DNA of 64,000 nucleotides, taken from the NCBI GenBank assembly GCA_027006055.1, contig JALTKX010000088.1:2172-66171 (forward strand). The letters run 5' to 3'. A model generated the notes under the pieces. It made no database searches, was not told where the DNA came from, and saw nothing but the letters and a program-made list of their open reading frames with translations. Positions within the stretch are counted from its first letter, which is position 1, and each line of letters starts with the position of its first letter. This DNA is from Calditrichia bacterium (lineage in GTDB: Bacteria; Calditrichota; Calditrichia; Calditrichales; J004). Shown here piece after piece: positions 56,306 to 64,000 of the stretch. Made by a program: the position numbers and the translations under genes.

Positions 56306-58540
56306 TTACAACCGCTGACGTTTGGTACGATTAAACAAAGCCACCAGAAAACCCAGAACCATGATAACCGTTCCTACCCATAAAACATTGATAAAAGGTT
56401 TTATGGAAACCTCGGCAGCCAGGATTTCCGGTTTTTTAGCCGGGCCGGGAGTATCTGTTTTTTTGGCAATGCCTAAAATCAATTTCTTTTCTTCCACATT
56501 TACCCCGGCCAGGATTACATCGCGATTAGTATTGGGAATAGTGGCGGCCAGAATTTCCTTGCTGTTGCCCACCATTTTAATGCCCGGCTTCATTTCACCC
56601 AAAAGCGTGCCGTCGGCGTCTTTCACCTGAACAACCGCCTTGATGGTCATATCGCCGGCGCCGCTATCATGGGTATCCATTTCATAATCTTTAAAGTGAA
56701 AACTGTAATTTTCAAAATTCACACTTTCATGCTTCTTTATCTCTACCTTCAGCATATCATCTTTCTGCTGTTCCTCCTCGGAAAAAACCTGGATGGGCGA
56801 GATATACAAATCCTGCGTGGGAAAGTTGGTTACCGCCGGAGCCACCATGTAGGCCTGGCTGTAATCGCTCCAGTAATATTTACCCTGAGAGGTGCGTTGT
56901 CCGTTTACTCTCAGTATAACGTGATCGCGCCCCATATTATCGGCTTCCTTACCCTCATAACGGATATCATATCCGAAAAGCGTCACATCCTGATCCCGGG
57001 GCAGGGATATTCGTTGAGAGGCATCGTAAACAGAAGAAGTGATGATGCCGATAAACATTAATCCGAGCCCCACATGGGCCAGATATCCGCCAAAGGCGAA
57101 ATTTTTCTTCCGGGCCATCTGGACGACGATTTGCCCGTTAACAAGGATGATAAACACGGCTATGGTGCTGATAATTAAAGATATGGCGTCCCTCATACCC
57201 AGGGCAAAGAACATGGCGCCCACGATAAGGGCAACTACAAAATGAACCGATACGGTTTTAATTTTGGAAGCCCGGCTGCGTTTCCAGCTGAAAACCGGCG
57301 CCAGGGCGATAAGCAGACCAAGCAAAATGGCCAATGGCCCGGCAAGATTGTTATAAGCGGAAATATCAACGCTTTGGGCATTTTCCAGAAAGGTGCCGGA
57401 GATAATCGGCCAGGAAGTTCCGATAAGCGTGAAAACAGCCAGTATCAGGATAAGCAGCATGCCAAAGGCCATAAAAAACTCCCGGGTAAATAAGCCGCTG
57501 GTCACCTCGCTGCCTTTTACGCCCCGCACCCGGTAGGCATATGTAATCACCCCAATTCCCAAAAAGAGAAAAACAAAGGCTGTCAGATAGGAATCCAGCT
57601 CCGACTCGCCAAAGGAGTGGACGGAAAAATCCGTAAGAACCCCGCTGCGGGTGAGGAAGGAGCCATACAGCACCAAAACAAAGGTAATGATGGCCAGGAA
57701 GATATTCAGACGTTTCATACCCCCCTGCCGCCTTTGGATAATTATTCCATGAAATAACACCAGCGATGTAAGCCATGGAATCAACGAACTGTTTTCCACG
57801 GGGTCCCAGCCCCAGTAACCGCCCCACCCCAGGGTGGTATAGGCCCAATATCCGCCCAGAATAATTCCCGCTCCCAGTATCATGGCCACAAACAGCGTGT
57901 AGGGGTAAACGGTTTTAATCCAGTCGTCATGTTTTTTGCGGATAAGCGCGGCCATGGCAAAGGCAAACAGAATCATGGTCGAGGAATAGCCGGCAAACAA
58001 GATAGGCGGATGGATGACCATGTACGGGTCCTGCAGCAGCGGGTTAAGTCCATTGCCATCCAGGGGGGTAATACCCGCCGGAAAGCCCGCCGGATTAGCC
58101 TGCCAAACATACATAAACGGGTTCTTTTTTATCAAAATCAGTACAATAAAAGCCATGATGAGGTTCATAAAGCTCATCACCAGCGCTTCTTCTTCCCTGG
58201 CCTTTCCCATATGGATAATGATATAGCCGTATATGGAGGCATACAGAAGCCATAACATAAAGGTGCCTTCCTGCCCGGCCCAAAAGGTTGAGATCAGATA
58301 ATAGTAGGGTAAATCATTTGAAGAATAGGAATAGACATAAACCCATTCGTAATAGTGGTTAAGAAGCCCCCACATCAGCATCACCGACTGAATCAGAATG
58401 AGGGCCGCGGAAAAATAAAACGTATTCCGCGCAATCGTCCTTATCCGTTCTTCTTCGCGCAAATAGTAGAGATAATAAGCCACCGTGCTTAGTAAAAGCA
58501 AAATAAAGGTGAGCGCCGTAAGTGTTATTCCGAAAAGCAT
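56306..58540 (-). CDS. ccmF: cytochrome c-type biogenesis protein CcmF (heme lyase), long form
   Basis: Polytopic, with Trp-rich motif WGGYWGWDPVENSSLIPW. Follows ccmE with a 1-nt overlap (TAATG). Confidence 0.85.
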   Translation of the reverse strand: MLFGITLTALTFILLLLSTVAYYLYYLREEERIRTIARNTFYFSAALILIQSVMLMWGLLNHYYEWVYVYSYSSNDLPYYYLISTFWAGQEGTFMLWLLYASIYGYIIIHMGKAREEEALVMSFMNLIMAFIVLILIKKNPFMYVWQANPAGFPAGITPLDGNGLNPLLQDPYMVIHPPILFAGYSSTMILFAFAMAALIRKKHDDWIKTVYPYTLFVAMILGAGIILGGYWAYTTLGWGGYWGWDPVENSSLIPWLTSLVLFHGIIIQRRQGGMKRLNIFLAIITFVLVLYGSFLTRSGVLTDFSVHSFGESELDSYLTAFVFLFLGIGVITYAYRVRGVKGSEVTSGLFTREFFMAFGMLLILILAVFTLIGTSWPIISGTFLENAQSVDISAYNNLAGPLAILLGLLIALAPVFSWKRSRASKIKTVSVHFVVALIVGAMFFALGMRDAISLIISTIAVFIILVNGQIVVQMARKKNFAFGGYLAHVGLGLMFIGIITSSVYDASQRISLPRDQDVTLFGYDIRYEGKEADNMGRDHVILRVNGQRTSQGKYYWSDYSQAYMVAPAVTNFPTQDLYISPIQVFSEEEQQKDDMLKVEIKKHESVNFENYSFHFKDYEMDTHDSGAGDMTIKAVVQVKDADGTLLGEMKPGIKMVGNSKEILAATIPNTNRDVILAGVNVEEKKLILGIAKKTDTPGPAKKPEILAAEVSIKPFINVLWVGTVIMVLGFLVALFNRTKRQRL

Positions 58541-58905
58541 TAGGACTCCATTTCCTGATATTTAGAGGGGCATTTCACCAATATTTCCCGGGCATGAAAA
58601 GCTCCGTTTTTATATTCCCCCTTGCATACAACCTCCGTGGCCTGGTCAAAATTCCCGGGCTTGGGACCGTCATAAATCACATTGATTTGACGTCCATCCT
58701 TATCTTTGAGGTCAAAGGTAAAGACATTTTTCTCCAGGTCAAACACACCATTACCCACACGCTCCCCTTTTACCTGTACGGTTCCACCGTTTTTTACGGC
58801 TTCCTCGATGGATACATATCGGACCAGGGCCGGTGTAAAGGCGTAAAAAGCCACTATGGCAAATATAACAACGACCGTGCTTCCCAAAATATATTTCTTA
58901 TTCAT
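58540..58905 (-). CDS. ccmE: heme chaperone CcmE, CxxxY variant
   Basis: N-terminal anchor, OB-fold body, and C-terminus AFHAREILVKCPSKYQ. This aligns to E. coli ...ILAKHDENY with Cys in place of the heme-binding His. Confidence 0.85.
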   Translation of the reverse strand: MNKKYILGSTVVVIFAIVAFYAFTPALVRYVSIEEAVKNGGTVQVKGERVGNGVFDLEKNVFTFDLKDKDGRQINVIYDGPKPGNFDQATEVVCKGEYKNGAFHAREILVKCPSKYQEMES

Positions 58906-58925
58906 AATACCCTCCCCGGGATTTA

Positions 58926-59048
58926 TTATTCTTTTTCATCAAACTTTTTCTCAAGCTTATTAAGCTTCATGTTCAGCGACAACATATAGCCAAACAAACC
59001 CAGCCATACAATCATATTAATGGTGGCTACAACGAAAATATCACTCAT
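58926..59048 (-). CDS. ccmD: CcmD-like small membrane protein (below the ORF-track size cutoff)
   Basis: My translation: MSDIFVVATINMIVWLGLFGYMLSLNMKLNKLEKKFDEKE* (40 aa, one TM helix plus a charged tail). Its ATG overlaps the ccmC stop by 8 nt, and it sits in the canonical ccmC-ccmE position. Confidence 0.55.
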   Translation of the reverse strand: MSDIFVVATINMIVWLGLFGYMLSLNMKLNKLEKKFDEKE

Positions 59049-59745
59049 ATTCTTCCTCGATTTCTTCAAAATGCGCGGATAGTTTTATAATGCGCTTTTT
59101 CAGGTTGAATAACCATAAAAAAAGCAGGGTAAAACCTGTCAGCGATGATAAAAACACCTGCAACATTTTTATGTTCATCTTAATTTTAGCCTGCGCGTTT
59201 ATCAGAGGATCGGGATGCAGGGATTCATAAATTCTTGGGATAATAAAAATAAAAAAGGGTACCGTGGCAAAGGCTAAAAGGGAATAAACCGCCGACAGCC
59301 GGGCGCGATCCTGATCATTTTCCACGGCGGAGCGCAGGGAAAAATAGGCGGCATAGATCAACAGTAAAATAAAAATGGATGTTTGCCTCGGGTCCCAATT
59401 CCAATAGGCGCCCCAGCTGGCCTTGGCCCACATGGCGCCCGTTACGGTAGTTACCAGACAGTATAAAATACCCAATTGATTGGCGGCGGCGGCATAGGCG
59501 TCCAGCATCATATCGCGCTTCCGCAGATATTGAAGACTATACCAGGCACTGATAAGAAAAGCCAGCACCGTAACCCATGCGGCAGGCACATGAAAATAAA
59601 GTACGCGCGTATACTCTTTAAGACCCTTGGCCAATGGCGCATAAAAGTAGGCGCCCACAATGACCAGGCTAAGCAAAATAAAAAGAAAAGCCTTAGCCAT
59701 CACAGCCAGCAAGGCTTTATGTTCATAAAAAAAACGTGGCATCAT
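59041..59745 (-). CDS. ccmC: heme exporter protein CcmC
   Basis: Trp-rich motif WGAYWNWDPRQTS, with six TM helices. Confidence 0.9.
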   Translation of the reverse strand: MMPRFFYEHKALLAVMAKAFLFILLSLVIVGAYFYAPLAKGLKEYTRVLYFHVPAAWVTVLAFLISAWYSLQYLRKRDMMLDAYAAAANQLGILYCLVTTVTGAMWAKASWGAYWNWDPRQTSIFILLLIYAAYFSLRSAVENDQDRARLSAVYSLLAFATVPFFIFIIPRIYESLHPDPLINAQAKIKMNIKMLQVFLSSLTGFTLLFLWLFNLKKRIIKLSAHFEEIEEEYE

Positions 59746-59842
59746 TTATCTTTCGTTTAGGTCGTCCCCTGTCAATAATTTCCGGCTCAGAAGAGGCCCG
59801 GAAGACGAAACCGCTTACAGGTGTAAATTTACGGTTTTTTAA

Positions 59843-60526
59843 CTAATCATTCCATATAAAATCGAAAAGCATAAGGGAGGTGGTAAAGAGGACAACGTCA
59901 TAGGCAAACAGGGCGGTAATCTCCGATGGAAAAAGGGGTGAGCCCTCCTGGGTAAATGCAATCTGCGCGGCGCTGATACCTACAACCATCACCGGTAAAA
60001 GGATGGGAAAACTGAGTACGCTGAACAGCGCCCCACGCCTGGAAGCCTTGGCGATAAGCGCCGCAACAATTGTTCCCCCGCTGGCCAGACCGATATCTCC
60101 GAGAAAGATGCTAAGAAGCAGCAAAGGTATATTTTTTACCTGGAAGTTGAACACGGCAATGAACAAGGGAACGATGACCATAAGCAGTAAGGTCAGTAAC
60201 AAGGTATTGAAGAGCCACTTGGAAAGAAAAATAGGCGTCGGTTGGGCTATCAGCTTTAAGGTATCCGCCGTCTGGGCTTCTTCTTCCTTTAAAAAGATAT
60301 GAGAAAAGGCGGATAAAGCGGAGAATACGATAACAATCCACAGCAAGGCCGCCAGAATAAAATTACTGATGGCATGGCTGCCGATGGAGTAAGAAACGGC
60401 GGTCAGGGTTACAATTGAAAAAAGGAAAATAGCATTGATGGCCGCTTTTGAACGGAACTCCTGAAGAAGATCTTTTTTAAACAATATCCAAACTTCATGA
60501 AACAACCGACACCACCTTATCCGCAA
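59843..60526 (-). CDS. ccmB: heme exporter permease CcmB
   Basis: Polytopic protein of about 220 aa between ccmA and ccmC (...FKKDLLQEFRSKAAIN...). The start is uncertain (TTG at 60526 or 60505). Confidence 0.8.
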   Translation of the reverse strand: MRIRWCRLFHEVWILFKKDLLQEFRSKAAINAIFLFSIVTLTAVSYSIGSHAISNFILAALLWIVIVFSALSAFSHIFLKEEEAQTADTLKLIAQPTPIFLSKWLFNTLLLTLLLMVIVPLFIAVFNFQVKNIPLLLLSIFLGDIGLASGGTIVAALIAKASRRGALFSVLSFPILLPVMVVGISAAQIAFTQEGSPLFPSEITALFAYDVVLFTTSLMLFDFIWND

Positions 60527-61109
60527 ATTCTAAATCGGGTTCGTCATTTGTGGCAAAAACCAACACCTTTTCCTTTTTCCACCCGGCTAAAAGACTGTAA
60601 ACCCAGTCAATGCCGGCCTTGTCCAGATTAGAAGTCGGTTCATCAACAAATAAATAGTCCGGGTCGCCCATCAAGGCAAACATATATTTCAATCGTTGCT
60701 TCATCCCCGAGGAATATGTATGCACCGCCCGGTGCATATGTTTTTCCAGCCCAACTTCCCCGGCCAGTTTTTTAATGCGATCCACGGCGTTGTTCACCCG
60801 CCGCAGACCGGCAATAAAAATTAAATTTTCATAGGCGGTCAACTCCTGATAAAGCTGCAAGTAAGGACCAACCAGACCTATATGACGGTTCAGTTCTTCC
60901 CGGGGGATAATAGTATCCTCAATGGAAAATTGCATCTCTCCCTTATCCGGACGTACAATTTGGCTGAGTACTTTTATAAGGGTGGTTTTCCCCGAACCGT
61001 TCGGTCCGGTCAGGGCGACACTTTGCCCGCGGGCGGCCGTAAAGGATATATCCTTTAAAATATACCGGCGGTTGTATCTTTTATAAATATTATCTACCTG
61101 GAGTTTCAT
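60495..61109 (-). CDS. ccmA: heme-exporter ABC ATPase CcmA
   Basis: Walker A GPNGSGKTT, ABC signature YSSGMKQR, Walker B LFVDEP. Confidence 0.85.
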   Translation of the reverse strand: MKLQVDNIYKRYNRRYILKDISFTAARGQSVALTGPNGSGKTTLIKVLSQIVRPDKGEMQFSIEDTIIPREELNRHIGLVGPYLQLYQELTAYENLIFIAGLRRVNNAVDRIKKLAGEVGLEKHMHRAVHTYSSGMKQRLKYMFALMGDPDYLFVDEPTSNLDKAGIDWVYSLLAGWKKEKVLVFATNDEPDLEFADKVVSVVS

Positions 61110-61135
61110 TGGGAGAATTTAGACAGATTACAGGT

Positions 61136-61166
61136 AAAAAAAAAGCCCCGAATCAACTTCGGGGCT
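61136..61166 (-). terminator. intrinsic terminator after the TonB-dependent receptor gene
   Basis: Minus strand reads AGCCCCGA-AGUUGAU-UCGGGGCU followed by U9. Confidence 0.75.
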
Positions 61167-61189
61167 TAAATGATTGACTAACCGTAGGA

Positions 61190-63862
61190 TTAGTAAGTCA
61201 GGGAAAGACCAATATTGAACGTTCTCGGAATACCAAAGAACACTTCGGCGTCATCGGCCTTATGATTTTTACCATCGCCTCTGTAGGCATTGAAACGGCT
61301 GTTATCCGTGGCGTCAGAAATATATTCCGTATCCAGAAGATTGAATACATGAGCGGACAGCTTGAACTGTACGCCATTCAGATCAAACGGCAACAGATAG
61401 GAAGCGTGCATATCCACCAGATTGTAGCTCGGCGTCAGCCAGCTTTGTCCGCGATCGGGCGTATCGCCATCGAACACGATTCTGCTGGTCGGATCCCAAT
61501 CGGCATAGAACTGATCATAGTATTTTAGCACACCCTGAATGCTCATACCCTCAATGGGGAAAACGGTGGCCGCCAGAGCAACCTGAGTTTGAGGGGCGTC
61601 ACCGATTTTCAGGTCTTTAACGGCCAACTGATAGTTTTTGGTAACAGTCGTACCGGACTCCACGGTTCTATAGGAACCGCTAACATCATTCAGAGTGGTC
61701 CAGTTACCAATGGAACCGGCCAGGTCTAAACGGAACATGGGCATCGGTTGGAACGCTGCTTCAAATTCAACACCCGTATGGAGCTGATCCAGGCCGCTGA
61801 TAAACAGAATGTCAAAAACACCCTGGGTAACCTCGATACCACGCGTCATGGTACGGTCTTGCCATTTGGTGTAGTAGAAACTCAATTTGGAAGAAAGCAT
61901 GCCATCCAAACCGCGGTAGTTTAATCCGCCTTCAAAGGAAAGGAATGTTTCATTGGCGGGGTTATCGGCAAAAACACCGTTACGGTCATCGATAACCGCG
62001 TCAAAGATAGGCACTTTTTCCACATAACCGGCATTACCGTAAATCTCCATGTCTTCGTTCAAACGATACATGGCGCCACCCTTAACCTGAAAACTGGAAA
62101 TGTTATCAGATTGCAAAGACAGTTCATTGCCATCGGGGCCTTTTTTGAAATGATCGGTAAATCCGTATTTAATGCTGGAATAACCAAGGGTACCGTATGC
62201 GGTAATATTTTCCATGTTATACTCAGCCTGGGCAAATCCGCCAATCCAATCAACCGTATTGGTGTTAAAGTAGTTCACTTTATCGCCAAGGCGTTTTTCC
62301 TGAGAGGCCGGCGTAGTATCGAATTCATTACGGGTATCAATAAATACGTCCGCACCCAACATATCGCGGATTTCGCGATAATGCTCTATCTGAGCGGTAC
62401 GCCAGTCGACGCCAACCATGGTGGAGAGGTTGTCGTTGGCTTTCCAGTAGAGTTTGGCAATGTTACCGATGGTCCACTGGTTGTTACGGCTGTTACGAAT
62501 AATCGTTTGCGCCGTATCACCCTGCTGCTTGGAGATGATCTTATCCCAGTTCCACACCCAGGGATTACGGGAAAAATCGGGCTGAAACTTACCATAGGTA
62601 CCCGTACCGCCACCGGTACCACCGGAATAGTAGGCAACGTTGGTAAAGCTCAGGTTGTCGGAGAGCGTGGAGTACCAGTTCAGGTTCACCTGAGGCTTAT
62701 GGAAGAAATTCTCGCGCTCATTGATAAAGTTTTTATCGTAGCGATCAAAAGTATTTCCTTCAACAGCCTGCTTACCCGTATAGCTGGAGCTCACGGGACC
62801 CCAGTTCTGATTCCACAGACGTCCCTTTTCTTCAAAAGCATCCAGAGCTTCCTGAGAATAGCCCAGCTCTTTGGCAAAAGACTTGCTGTAAGCGGCAATA
62901 TTTTGTTTATAGAGGTTTTGACCGTGACGCTGCGGCGCGCCCAGGGCATAAAACTCAAGGCGGTTATTATCATTGATATTGTAGCTGGCGCCAAAATAGT
63001 AGGCCCAGGCATCCGTCCATGTTTTGTCGATCACACCATTACCGATTTTACGGACAACGGTAGCGCTGATGGCATATTTATCATCAATCAGACCGGTGTT
63101 GGCGGTAAAGGTTGTTTTCAGCATGGTGCCACTACCATATTCCTGTTTCAGTCTGAAACCGGAGTTTAAGGCGGTGGGATCAGTGATGATGTTCATGGTA
63201 CCGCCTATGGAAGGGGTTGCCAGGTTAACGGCACTCAAACCACGCTGCATCTGAATCGAGGAGGTAGCGTCACCAACGCCATCCCAGTTGGACCAGTATA
63301 CCCAACCGTTTTCCATATCGTTAACCGGAACGCCGTTAATCATAATGGCCACGTTACGCTGGTTAAAACCGCGAACGTTAATCCGGGCGTCACCGGAACC
63401 GCCCCCCTGCATGGTGGAATAAACGGAAGGCGTTGTATTCATAACCATGGGGATGTCTTGTGAACCCAGTTGTTCTTCAATTTTAGCCTTAGCCACGTTG
63501 GTAAAGGCCACAGGTGTTTCGCGCTCCTTGGCGCGGTCGGCGATAACGCTGATGGTTTTGGAGAAGAGATATTCAACCAGTTGAAAATTCACTTCCACCG
63601 TGCCATCCACGGTCACTTCAACTTTTTGCGTGGCATAACCCACATAGTCGCAGACCAATGTGTATGTACCGTCTTCTACTTCGATCTCATACATACCTTC
63701 ATCATCGGTCGCGGCCCCCATGGTCGTGCCTTCCAAATATACATTAGCTCCGATAAGCGGTGCGTCATCCGATGCGCCGGTAACCTTTCCCTTAATGGTA
63801 CCAGCCATGGCCGAGCCAACCAATGAAGCTAAAACGATAATAGTAAGTAATATTTTACTCAC
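61190..63862 (-). CDS. TonB-dependent receptor with N-terminal CarboxypepD_reg-like domain
   Basis: Signal peptide, then GTIKGKVTGASDDAPLIGANVYLEGT (carboxypeptidase-regulatory-like fold), a plug domain (RINVRGFNQRNVAIMINGVPVND), and a barrel ending ...FNIGLSLTY. Confidence 0.9.
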   Translation of the reverse strand: MSKILLTIIVLASLVGSAMAGTIKGKVTGASDDAPLIGANVYLEGTTMGAATDDEGMYEIEVEDGTYTLVCDYVGYATQKVEVTVDGTVEVNFQLVEYLFSKTISVIADRAKERETPVAFTNVAKAKIEEQLGSQDIPMVMNTTPSVYSTMQGGGSGDARINVRGFNQRNVAIMINGVPVNDMENGWVYWSNWDGVGDATSSIQMQRGLSAVNLATPSIGGTMNIITDPTALNSGFRLKQEYGSGTMLKTTFTANTGLIDDKYAISATVVRKIGNGVIDKTWTDAWAYYFGASYNINDNNRLEFYALGAPQRHGQNLYKQNIAAYSKSFAKELGYSQEALDAFEEKGRLWNQNWGPVSSSYTGKQAVEGNTFDRYDKNFINERENFFHKPQVNLNWYSTLSDNLSFTNVAYYSGGTGGGTGTYGKFQPDFSRNPWVWNWDKIISKQQGDTAQTIIRNSRNNQWTIGNIAKLYWKANDNLSTMVGVDWRTAQIEHYREIRDMLGADVFIDTRNEFDTTPASQEKRLGDKVNYFNTNTVDWIGGFAQAEYNMENITAYGTLGYSSIKYGFTDHFKKGPDGNELSLQSDNISSFQVKGGAMYRLNEDMEIYGNAGYVEKVPIFDAVIDDRNGVFADNPANETFLSFEGGLNYRGLDGMLSSKLSFYYTKWQDRTMTRGIEVTQGVFDILFISGLDQLHTGVEFEAAFQPMPMFRLDLAGSIGNWTTLNDVSGSYRTVESGTTVTKNYQLAVKDLKIGDAPQTQVALAATVFPIEGMSIQGVLKYYDQFYADWDPTSRIVFDGDTPDRGQSWLTPSYNLVDMHASYLLPFDLNGVQFKLSAHVFNLLDTEYISDATDNSRFNAYRGDGKNHKADDAEVFFGIPRTFNIGLSLTY

Positions 63863-64000
63863 ACATACCTCCTGATTTAATTTAGTGGAACAAATTTATT
63901 TAGAATGGATTAACGTAAGTCAGGTCAAAAAAAGTGTTTTCTGGAATCTCCCCCTTCCTGCAAATTTAAACACATTTTTACGGCATTTAATCTATCATCA

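Noticed and set aside
63863-64000. Riboswitch (cobalamin or TPP) upstream of the TonB-dependent receptor
   Set aside because: I could not find a B12 box or TPP-riboswitch core motifs on the minus strand of this region. The leader also continues beyond the window.
1-64000. CRISPR arrays, IS elements, integrases, prophage or defence-island genes, retrons or DGRs
   Set aside because: Reading the intergenic regions, I saw no regularly spaced direct repeats. No ORF had transposase, integrase, reverse-transcriptase, nuclease-helicase or toxin-antitoxin signatures. The window looks like a core chromosomal region.

Overview
64-kb chromosomal segment of a diderm (Gram-negative) bacterium. The gene content points to an FCB-superphylum-type organism such as Calditrichota, Ignavibacteriae or Bacteroidota: a fused lpxC-fabZ, an 'NYPNPFNPST' T9SS C-terminal sorting domain, and a CarboxypepD_reg-type TonB receptor. 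About 60 of 63 genes are on the minus strand, tightly packed and often with overlapping start and stop codons. Most of the window is core housekeeping. This includes recJ, RNase P RNA, one tRNA(CAU) and rseP. There is an outer-membrane biogenesis block: tamB-bamA-skp-lpxD-lpxC/fabZ-lpxA. It also includes rny-iscA-def, fmt-yajC-tgt, korAB, gatAB, tatA, pssA-psd, purB, an htrA-like protease, fsa, truA, a ccmABCDEF cytochrome c maturation operon and a TonB-dependent receptor. I found no CRISPR array, transposase, integrase, reverse transcriptase or prophage gene. Most long + strand ORFs in the supplied track are antisense shadows of minus-strand genes. The non-routine content is as follows. (1) An operon 38167->32829 encodes a Crp-family regulator, a REC-like/GAF/PAS histidine kinase and two paralogous proteins with cyclic-nucleotide-binding plus PATAN (DUF4388) domains; one of them is a PatA-type response regulator with an atypical receiver. 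(2) Two near-identical perfect 13-14 bp-arm palindromes lie 63 bp apart in the divergent promoter region upstream of that gene string. (3) A 626-aa protein with no recognisable family is translationally close to rseP. (4) A divergent ROK regulator / DUF4954-LOG locus. (5) A Ccm system with a CxxxY-type CcmE and no ccmG/H. (6) A frameshift-split small thioredoxin-fold gene sits behind a membrane HdrD-like Fe-S oxidoreductase. (7) One of two HD-GYP response regulators has a degenerate active site. I cannot show from sequence alone that any of these is an undescribed system. The cNMP/PATAN operon with its upstream twin palindromes is my best candidate.
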